A stretch of DNA of 63,751 bases, the filler included, from Octopus bimaculoides (Eukaryota), in NCBI RefSeq assembly GCF_001194135.2. It is 12 parts of 12 records of this genome, joined end to end, with 100 filler letters (N's around TTAATTAATTAA, not from the genome) between each part and the next. Parts side by side here need not be neighbours in the genome. Positions count along the whole stretch, not along the records: positions 1 to 5,767 come from NC_068982.1; positions 5,868 to 19,239 come from NC_068983.1; 10 more parts are not named here. The stretch is one strand, 5' to 3'. This document shows, piece by piece, positions 1 to 11,238 of the stretch. The notes under the pieces are model-generated. The model worked only from the letters and a program-made list of their open reading frames with translations, did no database searches and had not been told where the DNA came from. The translations under genes were made by a program, and so were the position numbers. Each line of letters starts with the position of its first letter. The first letter of the stretch is position 1.

Positions 1-60
1 GTAGTCAATTTACCCCTTCCCCAAAAATTTCAGGCCTTGTGCCTATAGTAGAAAGGATTA

Positions 61-104
<44 letters not shown>

Positions 105-107
<3 letters not shown>

Positions 108-910
108 TAGTCTTATTATTATAACACACTTTCACTTCACTACCGAGTGCAGCTCTGTGTGCCTTGGGTATGTGCTGTGGTTTGCTGTGATGCTCTTATG
201 GTTATTGTATTGAAAGTGTTTTGCGTAGGATGTGTGCAGTGCCCAGTAGTGCAATTTTCTGTATGTTATATATATTTGTAAGTCCTGGTGTTTTTGTTAT
301 GTATTTGTCTGAATATTTTTGTATCATACCTAATGTGCCTACTATGATAGGCATTGTTTCTATTTTCAGATTCCACATTCGAGTTACCTCTATTTCCAGG
401 TCTTTGCATTTTGAAAGTTTCTCCATTTCTTTTAGAGAAACATTGTCATCTGCTGGTATTGATATATCAGTTAGAAAACGTTTTTTTCTTCATGATCTCT
501 GACAACTATATCTGGCCTATTGGCCTTAATTTCTCTATCTGTGTGTATTGGCATATCCCAGAGTATGGTTGCTTTCTCGTTTTCTGTGACCTTTTCTGGC
601 GTGTTCTTATACCATCTTTTTCCTGTTGTTATTCCATAGTGTTGGCATAGCTTCCAGTGTATGTAGGTCCCAACTCTGTTGTGTCTGTGAATATATTCCT
701 TCTTTTCCAGGACTGGGCCGCCAGAGATAAAACGATTTATTGTTTCTTGTCCATCGCCACATATTCTGCAGTTACTTGTTATGTTTCTTTTTATTATATG
801 TTTTTGGTAATTTCTGGTGGGGAGGCTTTGGTCTTGTGCAGCAATTAAAAATCCTTCAGTCTCTGCTTTGAGTCCTGAGTTTCTCAACCATTGCTGGGAT
901 TTTTCTCTGT
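105..910 (-). mobile_element. 5'-truncated R4/Dong-like non-LTR retrotransposon (C-terminal zinc knuckle, restriction-like endonuclease, 3' UTR), frameshifted
   Basis: Reads EKSQQWL..LKAETEGFLIAAQDQSLPTRNY, a degenerate CRIC..ETI knuckle, RPDIVV, D.SIP and QKIALLGTAHILRK. There is a frameshift in the A-run near 481-488. Both ends abut (TAA)n. Confidence 0.85.
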
Positions 911-1629
911 TATTATTATTATTATTATTATAAATTTTTGGCATTGTGCTTATGTTACAAACCACCTGGTTTTTCATATTCAGTTCTATGTAAACCCCTA
1001 CCTTTTTGTAATTTTCCCTTGTTGTGTCCCTTCATTTGCCATCCTTATGACTGGCTGTGGAGGGGCAGAATTTTTGGAGAGTTGGACAAAACACTTTGTG
1101 GTATTTAGTTACAGACGTTAATGTTCTAAGTTCAAACTCTGCTGAGGTCAGTATTGTTTGTCATCTTTCCAGGTTTGCTGAAATAAAATGATACCCAAAT
1201 ATTGGTGACCAGTTTAATCGACTAATCCCCTTCTTCCAAATGTTTGGCCTTTGAAACAATTATTGTCACCATCATCATCATCATCATTATCACTGTCTTA
1301 TCTAAAAATTTAAATCTTTCCATTCACTTGTGCTCATTCCACACTGCAACTGAAATTTTCGTTTCTCCCCACTCCCCCAGAAATATAAAGAACATATAAA
1401 AAGTGAGAAGCACCAACCTTTATAAACGACCTAAAATCAACTGAATAATTAAATAGTTCAAAGACAATTTCAGAAATAGATTTCTTCTTTTTACGTCTCA
1501 GATAATCTTAAAACACAAAATTATGTTGCTATATCTTTACAACTAAAATTCCACGTTTATTTATTTTTTTTTTATTTTTAAATTATATTTACCATAAACT
1601 ACAAGATATTACACTTCAAAAACAAAATG

Positions 1630-1712
1630 TCAACTTTGTTTGAAATGTGATATTAATATCTTAAAAAGATAAACATCTTCAAATCTGCTGCTGCAAATAT
1701 CTCTTATGATGG
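1630..1712 (-). CDS. Possible terminal exon of an unidentified gene
   Basis: Minus-strand TACTTTTATGCATCAG acceptor; phase-1 reading IIRDICSSRFEDVYLFKILISHFKQS*; AATAAA near 1560. No homology recognised. Confidence 0.2.
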
Positions 1713-1749
1713 CTGATGCATAAAAGTATTTTCATTGTAATATGATATA

Positions 1750-2235
1750 GGTGTAGCTGTGGGCACGAAGCAAGAAGTTTGCTTCCCAACTACATGGTTT
1801 CAGGTTCAGTCCCACTGTGTGGCACCTTGGCCAAGTATCTTCTACTATAATCTCAGGCCGACCAAAGCCTTGTGAGTGGATTAACATCTCCAGTTCATCC
1901 TAATTATCATTGCACTAGACACTCCAGACCTTTGAATGGCAAGAAATGTTAATTAGGAAGTCAGTAAATAATGATGAATAAACCAAAGAATTTGTTTTTT
2001 TTTTTAAATCATTTTTTATCCTTATGTTTGTGTGTCTGTGTGTGTGTGTCTCCACCATCGCTTGACAACCAATATTGGTGTGTTTATGTCCCCCTAAATT
2101 AGCGCTTCAGCAAAAGAGATTGATAGAATAAGTACGAGGCTTACAAAGAATAGGTCCTGGGGGATGATTTGTTTGACTGAATGCAGTGCTCCAGCATGGC
2201 CACAGTCAAAAGAGTGAAATGAATAAAAGATAATA
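1750..2235 (+). mobile_element. tRNA-derived composite SINE (family A head plus family B tail) interrupted by a 144-bp local copy
   Basis: Matches the uninterrupted copy at 33208-33535 (GGCACCTTGG..GACCAAAGCCTTGTGAGTGGA; GATAGAATAAGTAC..CCAGCATGGCC). CpGs are decayed. Confidence 0.8.
1880..2023 (+). repeat. 144-bp direct duplicate of 3506-3649
   Basis: Read base by base, the two copies are identical except for one T/C in a T-run. Confidence 0.9.
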
Positions 2236-2317
2236 GAATCGAATTTCAAATAAGTTAGTGATCAATCACCATTGGCAAGAAACTGTTCAATATAATCAAT
2301 ATTTTCTTCTTAAATAA

Positions 2318-2530
2318 GGTGACAAGCTGGGAGAATTGTAGCATACGGAAAAAATGTATAGCGGTATTTCATCTGTCTTTATGTTCTGAGTTCAAATTCT
2401 GCTGAGGTTGACTTTCTCTTTCATCCTTTTGGGGTCGATGAAATAAGTACCAGTTGAGCCCTGATATCAATGTAATCCACTTTTTCCCTCCCCCAAGTTG
2501 CTGGCCTTGTGCCAAAACTTGAAGCCAATA
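2318..2530 (+). mobile_element. tRNA-derived SINE family C (Deu/Nin-like core), CpG-decayed
   Basis: GTTCTGAGTTCAAATTCTGCTGAGGTTGACTTT..CATCCTTT.GGGGTCGAT; homologous to 11239-11470. Further decayed copies at 1-62 and about 1095-1260. Confidence 0.75.
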
Positions 2531-2698
2531 TTTCTTTCTTCAATGAAGAGGATTGAAATGTTCATATTACCTTCATTTCAAAACATCCAAAATTAATTTA
2601 TTTTGTGAAAGACCATGAATATTGAAGTTAGTTTTTCATTGAATGTTGAGCAATGTAGATTTCAAAGTTCTGGGTTGAAAATCTCTCAGAATTAAAAC

Positions 2699-2808
2699 CT
2701 GTAACAGACTGGCATCTTTTCTTAGACTTAGACTTAGATTTGGGTCTATCATAAGCCCTAGGACTCACAAGGCAGGAGCCAAACTTGGTTTTCATGGCAA
2801 ATAAGCAT
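2699..2808 (-). CDS. Possible internal exon of an unidentified gene
   Basis: TTTTTATCTCAG acceptor. Donors are GTGAGT after 2769 or GTTTTA after 2699. One frame reads CLFAMKTKFGSCLVSPRAYDRPKSKSKSKKRCQSVT. No homology recognised. Confidence 0.2.
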
Positions 2809-3644
2809 CTGAGATAAAAACATTTACTGACCAACTGGATGCTTGTCGTTCACAACTACTGCTGAACTGAAATGCATTTACAGCTGAGTAAACCAGATTG
2901 ACTTCAAATGAAGTGTTTTGCTCAAGATCACAACACATAGTCCAATCTTGAAATCGAAACCACAGTCTTACAAATATGAGTGCAACACCCTAACCACTAG
3001 AACCTCTCCCCAATTTCTTAATGTTGAAAGTTGGATGGACTACAGCACTTCTTACTAAATGTGATAAGCATAGCGATGAAAGGGCTTTGACAAACAAACA
3101 ACCAGTTGATTGTTTAACCAGCACATTAAACAAATGATTAATTATTAGTTGGTTAGATACTTAACCAACTGACCAACAATAAAGAAGTGATATTGAACCA
3201 GTGCATTTGTTTATTACTATTGGCATAATGGCCTCCCCAAGATACAACAAAATAAGAATGCATTTGATTCTATAATTCTGCCTGAAATTACCAGTAGTTA
3301 TATAATACCAATGTCTGTTTTAAAATAATCTAAATTCAAATCTTCCATCAGCCTAGTATAATGATAATGTTATTTTATTAATTTTTTGTTATTTTCAAAA
3401 TTAATTGAAACAATGCCAGTGCATTTCAGCTGAAATATGGTAACAAGTGGTTTCAGAGGTCCTGTTTTAATTAGCTTCAATCAACAATACCATTCCGACA
3501 TTACCATTAACATCTCCAGTTCATCCTAATTATCATTGCACTAGACACTCCAGACCTTTGAATGGCAAGAAATGTTAATTAGGAAGTCAGTAAATAATGA
3601 TGAATAAACCAAAGAATTTGTTTTCTTTTTTAAATCATTTTTTA

Positions 3645-3830
3645 TCCTTTACTTGTTTCAGTCATTAGACTACAGCCATGCTGGAGCATTGCCTTGCAAA
3701 ATTTTAGTTGAATGAATCAACCCCAGTGCTTCTGTTTTTAGGCCTAGCACTTATTCTATCAATCTCTTTTACTGAACCGCCAAGTTATGGAGACATAAAT
3801 AAACCAACACCAGTAAAGTTTGTTTGCCAA
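3645..3830 (-). mobile_element. SINE family B tail
   Basis: Reverse complement of the GATAGAATAAGT..CCAGCATGGC..GACTGAAACAAGTAA tail seen at 33345-33535. Confidence 0.75.
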
Positions 3831-4164
3831 CATAACATGGCAGTCCTGGTTTAGGACGAATGTTGCTCTAATTTAACCCCAGGAGATATCGTCTCCAGCT
3901 GGCAAACAATCCTTACTACAAAGTACTGTTGCTGAATATCTCATGTTGTGAGATTTAAAAATTGTAATTTTCTAAACCAAGACCCAGTTGTCAAATGGTG
4001 GGGACAAAGATACACACACACACACACACATAAATACATGCATAGAAACCATACCAAATCAGATTGGAACCTGGTGCAGCTCTCCAGCTTACCAGTTCCA
4101 GTCAAACCATCCAACCCATGCCAGCATGGAGAGTGGACCTTAAATGATGATGATTATGATAATG

Positions 4165-4246
<82 letters not shown>

Positions 4247-4248
4247 AT

Positions 4249-4390
4249 GCACAACGGGCTTCTTTCAGTTTCGGTCTACAAAATCCACTCACAAGAGTCC
4301 AGTCAGTGCAAGGCACCTGCCCAAGGTTCTACACAGTGGGACTGAACCCAGAACCTTGTGGTTGGGAAGCAAACTTCTTGCCACGCAATG
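4249..4390 (-). mobile_element. SINE family A
   Basis: CGGGCTTCTTTCAGTTTC..AAATCCACTCACAAG..GGGAAGCAAACTTCTT; homologous to 9644-9810 and 40930-41090. Confidence 0.75.
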
Positions 4391-5767
4391 GCAACTGTTT
4401 GCAATTCTAAGAAAGTTAGATGTAAATACTTCCAAATGATTTCTAATGTAGACAAAAGTCAAATTATTTTTAAGCTGTTCAACACATGAAAGGGCGACTT
4501 GCGTTACGTTGCTTTTCTTTTTATTTTATTTTATTTCTTTGTTTTTTTGTTGTTGTTCTGGCTATGGCTGTTTATCTTAATTAAATGTCTAACTGTCTGA
4601 GATGTGTTATTTATAAGATTATAATTTATCAGACTATTAACCTCTTCTTTAAAGATGAAACATTTTTTTTTTTTATATTTACATCTCCATTATATTTCAA
4701 TCAGCTTATGATTTCCAATTGAAACACAGTGTAAATATAAATATTGATTCACATTGTTGGCACAAGACCACAAATGCAAGTACTAAATAGTGTTTCATTT
4801 CTAATGATGAAGTTAATAGTCCAAAAAATTATAATTCTATTTATCCGTCATTCTATATATTAAACCAAGTACAATGTTGTATTATATTTAACACCAGTAC
4901 CAATAATGTTTTTGGTGTTTGGTGTTTGTACCTATGAGACAATTTAATTACATGGTCCTTACAAATTTTTTTTAAAATCATGTTTTACGTTTTTGGAAAA
5001 TTTTGTGCTTTTTGTCTTTTATAAACATTTTAAAAGAATTAGCATATATTATTTGTATAAATGACAGTCAGGGTAGTAAAGAGAACCATTGTTCATTTGT
5101 TTTGGTGCTAAAATATTTTTATATTAAATGTCTTTCTTAATAATAATGCCAATTTAAAATTGATTTCCTTTTTAATTTTTACATGATTTGATTTCTGTTG
5201 AAATATTTTAAAATATATTTTGTAAATAACTTCATTTAAAAATAAAATGAAAATTCCACACACAAATTTGTTTCAATATTTTCATTTTAATATCTGATAA
5301 AATTCAAAGACAAAGATAATGTTATGACTGGGATTTCAGGTTTTGTTCCACTGTGTATACCATGATTGCAGATTAACCAATATCAGTGGAATTTGGTAGA
5401 TTGAAACTGTGCATAAGTTCATCACATAGACAAGAGTTGATTCATAAAGTATTTCATTAGGTCGTCTTACACTTGTTTCAGTAAACATTATGGCTGGATT
5501 ATGCAACCTGGGTCAGATAAAGTTTCAGATTCTTCACTGCATCAGAAAGTGTAACCACATGTGGATTGTTGGTGATTTTTTTTTTTTTTTTTTACCTCCA
5601 TCTTCCTTTTCTCTTGGACTTTCCTCTGTATCCAAAGAAGAGGTTTGCTCGAAACATAAAACTTTCTTTCCTTCCCTGATGCCTGCTAATACTTTGCATG
5701 TACCACGTCCTCACAGTGTTGTTTTTTTCTTGTGTTTTCTCTTCGTTTTGGGGGGATTAACTATATA

Positions 5768-5867
5768 NNNNNNNNNNNNNNNNNNNNNNNNNNNNNNNNN
5801 NNNNNNNNNNNTTAATTAATTAANNNNNNNNNNNNNNNNNNNNNNNNNNNNNNNNNNNNNNNNNNNN
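5768..5867. other. Scaffolding spacer (44 N + TTAATTAATTAA + 44 N); 11 copies in the window
   Basis: Identical 100-bp pads start at 5768, 19240, 28244, 38885, 44270, 49992, 52033, 53572, 57374, 60132 and 61768. The 12-mer gives stops in all six frames. Confidence 0.95.
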
Positions 5868-5913
<46 letters not shown>

Positions 5914-6887
5914 TTATACATACATATGTATGCATATAAGTGTATATATTTATATGTGTGCGTGTATATATGTCTGTACAACATTCGTATCTGTGCCTGT
6001 AAATATACGTGTGTACGTCCCTGCCCGTGTGTGTGTGCGTGTGCGCGCATGCATATCTATTAGTGTGTGTACGTATGTGTGCGTGTGTGTGTGCGTGCGC
6101 TCACAATGCATATGCATATACATGAGGCTGAATACGCGTCGTGATGTGTCATGATGTTGATGTGTTAGTATATACTCGTATACGAACAGACACAGACATA
6201 CAGAAACAGATACACACAGACACACACACACATAAGTATGTATATATACATAGATACATTTATATATATACATTTATATATATATATGTACCTATGTATA
6301 TACATGTACCTATGTATATATATGTACCTATGTATATATGTATACACATATACACACGCACATGTGTATATATATACATATATATATATGTATACACACA
6401 TATATATATATATATATATAACATATTGTCTTACTGCGGGTTTGATTGAATTGTTAAAAAACTGCGATTGGTTGTGTTGCGCGTTCGAATTCTCTGCCTG
6501 CCACTTTTCGCAAAAGGTTTCTTTGTTTCAATTTTCCTTTCACATAGCTTTTGCTTTATCGAAGCCTTCAACATGAAATTGATAAAACTGAGTAACCTGA
6601 GGCTGTTTAAATGATCCTCGGATTACCTTTACCTACATTTCAAAGGGCAAATATTGCGATACACCATCGAACTATTTTTCTCCGAACAAAAACGAAATTA
6701 TGTTAGTAGAGCAAATATATATACATATATACACATATATACATTTTTTCTTTTTCTTTTTACTACCGATACTTTTTGATCGAATTTCTTTTTTTTTTCT
6801 AAAAGTATAGCTTTACAATTGTATTTGTCCCCTCTGTGTACAGCCCTGTGCGGCTAATAAAAGAAAGTTATCTTTCTATCTATCTAC

Positions 6888-6921
<34 letters not shown>

Positions 6922-7157
6922 GACTGACTGTCTGTCTGTCTGCCTGTATGTATGCATTCAGACTGGTAATTTGTGACTGGTATGGTTTACATGTAGAATT
7001 ATGTGTGTATTGTAGCTAGAGCAACACATCTTTGAACAATTCCGTGACATTGCTTACATCACATATCTGTGTTTGATGTTAGATTTGATCACACAGTTGT
7101 GTACGATTTTGGTAACGGCACACTATGAAAGCTACACAGCAGTTATGTAGACCAGAT

Positions 7158-7413
7158 CAGTGGTTCCCAACCATTCGTTGCCTATGGATCCCTTTGGTTC
7201 TATTTTACTCTACTGGATCCCCATAATCATTCGACGCTTCAATAAAATCCTGTTGTATTTTTGTAATGGAATATTATTAGGAATTGTATTAAAAATGTTT
7301 TGAAATACCTTTTTTATTGTAGAAGTATAGCCAATTCTATTGTTCATAAATTTTACCAACAATATCGTATATAGACCCCTAAGGGCCATATGGACCCTGG
7401 TTGAGAGCCAGTG
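7158..7413. mobile_element. hAT-type MITE
   Basis: Termini CAGTGGTTCCCAACC and GGTTGAGAGCCAGTG (imperfect TIR). A related right end lies at about 50590-50625. Confidence 0.7.
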
Positions 7414-7421
7414 CTTTAGAT

Positions 7422-7692
7422 CAGCGGGGTCGCGAAGAGAAAAGTTGGGGTCGAGAAAATTAAATTCACACACTTGATTTTCAGTTTATATTTTATTTCA
7501 CAAATCCTAAATCTCCTTTTATTTTGACAAATAATAATGTTACTTACTTTTTGTATACGTATATTGCTCAGGAAAAAAATAAATGGTTTATTTATTTATT
7601 TGTATGTTCTATTTCATATTTAATATCTGGGGTCACGAAAAACCTCGTGATGAAAATTGGGGTCTTGAATGAAAAAAGTTTAAGAAGCGCTG
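7422..7692. mobile_element. hAT (Charlie-like) MITE
   Basis: CAGCG..CGCTG termini with an 8-bp TSD CTTTAGAT/CCTTAGAT (7414-7421 and 7693-7700). Confidence 0.65.
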
Positions 7693-7858
7693 CCTTAGAT
7701 CATAAATCTGTGTATAATATCAGCATTGAATCTCACATCTGTTGATACGTCACCAATGTCAACACATTTGTGTACGATGTCGATATTGCCAACACATTTG
7801 TGCATGACATCACTTGTGTCAACGCAGTTGTTTATGATATCACTTGTGTCAACACATA

Positions 7859-9083
7859 CAGGGGTTGGGCAAAATTATGGAAACAGCTAGCATCATAGCA
7901 TCATAATTTTGAAATATCTATAAAACCGTCAAAAGATTGTCTATTTTTATGTTTTTTTTTATTTATTATTAGTGTTGCTTAATATGTTTTGCTAAAATTG
8001 CTGTTTCTTTCCAGATATCATCAGAAAAAGGTAATTAAAATTCATTAAAATAACAGATCTATCAAGACTTTCAAAGAGGTCAAATTGTTGGTGCTCGTAT
8101 GGCAGTCGCTAGCGTAACGAAAACAGCCGAAATGGTTGGTGTATCAAGAAGTACTGTCTCGAAAATAATGATAGCCTTTGAGATGGAGGGAAAAACCTCT
8201 TCGTCGAAACAAAACTCCAGAAGAAAACCAAAACTTTAAGGTAGAGAGCGTCGGACTCTTATGCGAATTGTTAGAAAGGATCACAAAAGTACAGCTCCCA
8301 AAATTACAGTAGTGCTTAATGACCACATTGAGAATCAAGTTTCTACAAAAACTGCTCGCATGGAGCTGCACAAAGCTGGATTTCACAGGAGGACTGCAAT
8401 CAGAAAACCACTACTTTCAAAAACAAACGTTGCAAAGCGTTTAGAATGGAGTAAAAACCTACAGAACTGGCTCCTAGAGCAGTAGAAGAATGTTAGTTTC
8501 TCGGACGAGTCATCATTTACCTTATTTTTGACAACTGGCCGAGTATACGTGTGCAGTTGACCCAGATTGCCTTCTTCCAGCTGTTAATGGAGGAGGATCT
8601 CTGATGATCTGGCGGGGCTATATCTTGGAAATCCGCCTGCCCAATGGCAGATTATTTAAGCATTTTATCTGATCAAATTCATCCTATGACTGCGGAGCTG
8701 TTTCCGGAGGGAAACGTGACCTTTCAGGATGATAATGCACCAATTCACACAGCTAAAGTTGTTACTGAATGGCATGAGGAACATTCTAGTGAAGTTGAAC
8801 ATCTTATCTAGTCACCACAGTCCCCAGATCTCAATATCATTGAACATTTATGGTACATTTTAGAAAAACAAGTAAGGAGTCGATATCCTCCACCATCATC
8901 ACTACAAGAACTGGAAACTGTTTTAGCTGAAGAATGGGCAAAAATTCCTTTTGAAACAATTCGAACTTTGTACGAGTCCATACCTCGTAGAATTCAAGCA
9001 GTAACTACTGCCAAAGGCGGTCCTACTGCATACTATAATAAATTTGTTTGAAATTTTAAGGTGTTTCCATTATTTTGTCCCTG
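7859..9083 (+). mobile_element. Tc1-like DNA transposon with DD36E spacing, inactivated
   Basis: TA at 7857-7858 and 9084-9085. TIR CAGGGGTTGGGCAAAATTATGGAAACA versus a right copy with a short deletion. Transposase DFQRGQIVGAR..FSDES..FQDDNAPIH..SPDLNIIE carries stops and deletions. D at 8731, E at 8842, with 36 intervening codons. Confidence 0.92.
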
Positions 9084-9399
9084 TATGTGTATGACGTCAC
9101 TAGTGTCTGTCTAAGATGTTCACGTAAGATCTACATCTGTGTATGACGTCAGACTAAATAACATATCTGTATCTACTGTCAGTATATTAAACGCATCTGT
9201 GTATAATATAATCATTAGATAATACGTCTGTCCCCATATGATACCAGCATTAGGTAACACATCTCTATATGAAGTCGCTGTTCTCAGTCCATATGGAATT
9301 GTTTATTAGTATCTATTTCTTGCTTTTTCTTCCACCGCATAACTTCGAATGATGGTAAATTCTGTTTCATCAATTATTTTACTCCTTTATTTCTTTTTT

Positions 9400-9810
9400 T
9401 CAATCATTTGACTGCGGCCATGCTGGAGCGTCACCTGAAGGTGTTTTAGACGAACAAGTCAACTTATTCTCCGCAAGACTAGTACTTATTCTATCGAACC
9501 GCTAAGTTACGGGGACACAAACACACCAACATCGGTGTCAAGCGATGGTGGAGTATGGATTTTTTAAATACGCTAAGCCATTGGTTTTAATTGATTAATA
9601 TCAATTTCTACCCTTATCATTTGATTTATATATATATATATATACGACGGGCTTCTTTCAGTTTCCGTTTACCAAATCCACTCACAAGGCTTTGGTCGGC
9701 CTGAGGCTGTAGTAGAAGTCAGTTGCCCAAGGTGCCACGCAGCAGGACTGAGACCAGAACCATGCAGATGGGAAGCAAGCTTCTTACCACACTACCACCC
9801 CTGCGCCTAC
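9400..9810 (-). mobile_element. Composite SINE (family A head plus family B tail)
   Basis: Reverse complement of the 33208-33535 structure. Confidence 0.75.
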
Positions 9811-10167
9811 GAAGCAGAAACATCACACGTAATTAGCGCAAATTTATAGGGCACTTCAATAATTTCTTGAACTCTTTTCTCCTGATTGAAGTTTGATAAT
9901 TAGTGTATAGTAAGAACATTAATGTTCGCATGTGTTCTTGCGAGGACTCTGCTATGTTTTAACACTTATAAAGAGATATAGTGTGAAAAAAGAGCTGGTT
10001 AAAGGATTCACACAATGACAAGAGTAAAAGATTGTGTTAAACGCCCCAATCTTTCCATCTCTGCCGATTTAGATTCACATCAACGAAAACGTTCGAAATA
10101 CGGCAAACATAACAATAGCATGAATACTAATAATCATACTACTATAGGCACAAAACCTGAAATTTAA

Positions 10168-10390
10168 CCCATTAAGTCCCACTGTCCAATAAATAGGACA
10201 CTAAATGAGAACATTAAATAAGCTATATCACATTGTTTCAGTGTCTTATTTATAGGACACCGAGTATTTCCATTTCTACTTGAAGTAAAGGAGTTTTAAT
10301 AATTATTTTTTTCATTTTAACCTATTTTCAATCATCTGTAAACATTTTAAAAGTAATATTCAGAAATTTAAGTATCTTGGACTTAATGGG
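10168..10390. mobile_element. piggyBac-type MITE (223 bp) nested in a family C SINE
   Basis: TTAA at 10164-10167 and 10391-10394. 12-bp perfect TIR CCCATTAAGTCC. Internal GTCC..AGGAC palindromes. SINE sequence continues on both sides (about 10140-10568, minus). Confidence 0.85.
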
Positions 10391-11188
10391 TTAAGGAGAG
10401 GAGGCTAGTTGATTACATGGAACCTAGCTCTCAATTGATAGTCTCTCTCATCAAGCTCAAAACAGCAAACTTGACCTCGGCGGGATCTGAAGTCAGAATG
10501 TAAATTCAGGAGAAATATCGCTAAGTATTCTGTTCGGGTTGCTAACACTTTTATATGATCACCACCTTAACATGAACACTAACAAAGCGTTTTCCTTTTT
10601 GCATTTGTGACTTAACGAGTCACTTTTAATCCTTACAGAATTTGGACTGGTTATGGCTGTGACACACGAATCAAACTGCTTAGCGCTCAGATAAAATAAT
10701 TCTTTTACGATGAATTCACAGGCTGACTATAAGCAAATTGAAGTACCAACTGGGAAATTGTTCATGGGGCTCCTTCTTATAAAACACAGAAGTGTGTGAA
10801 TTAGAAATAAATGAAAAAAATGTAAATTACCCAGACTGCATAAGCAAAAGTATCATTAATATAATATTATACAGACGTAAATAAACAAATTGTGTATATT
10901 ATTCTAATATAATATATCACTTATTCATATCTATTATTCATATACTTACACGAAGTATGCAGATTTCAAAGAACATTGACTTTTCTGAGATTTGGATTTC
11001 GCAAACCTGTTTAACTAAGTTCTATGTACACTGAAACAAATTTCTAGTGAAGCACCTATGCATACAATCTGTTATTTTTCTGTCTTTTATTAAAGGTATT
11101 TCAGATATTTACTTCAGAATTCAGCGAAAGAAATTCATGTGGAATGAAACTAATTGTGTCCATATGATGAACGTTTTTGCACGGCAGA

Positions 11189-11229
<41 letters not shown>

Positions 11230-11238
11230 TTTCTCTAT

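Larger units (their letters stand above)
7020..9290 (+). repeat. Degenerate ~28-30 bp minisatellite (CAACACATCTGTGTATGACGTCAC-like), split by three DNA transposons
   Basis: Units visible at about 7020-7150, 7700-7857 and 9086-9290. Confidence 0.5.

Noticed and set aside
5812-5823. TTAATTAATTAA repeated 11 times between N-runs (CRISPR-like or regulatory repeat?)
   Set aside because: It is always centred in an identical 44N+12+44N pad, so it is a synthetic scaffolding spacer with stops in six frames.
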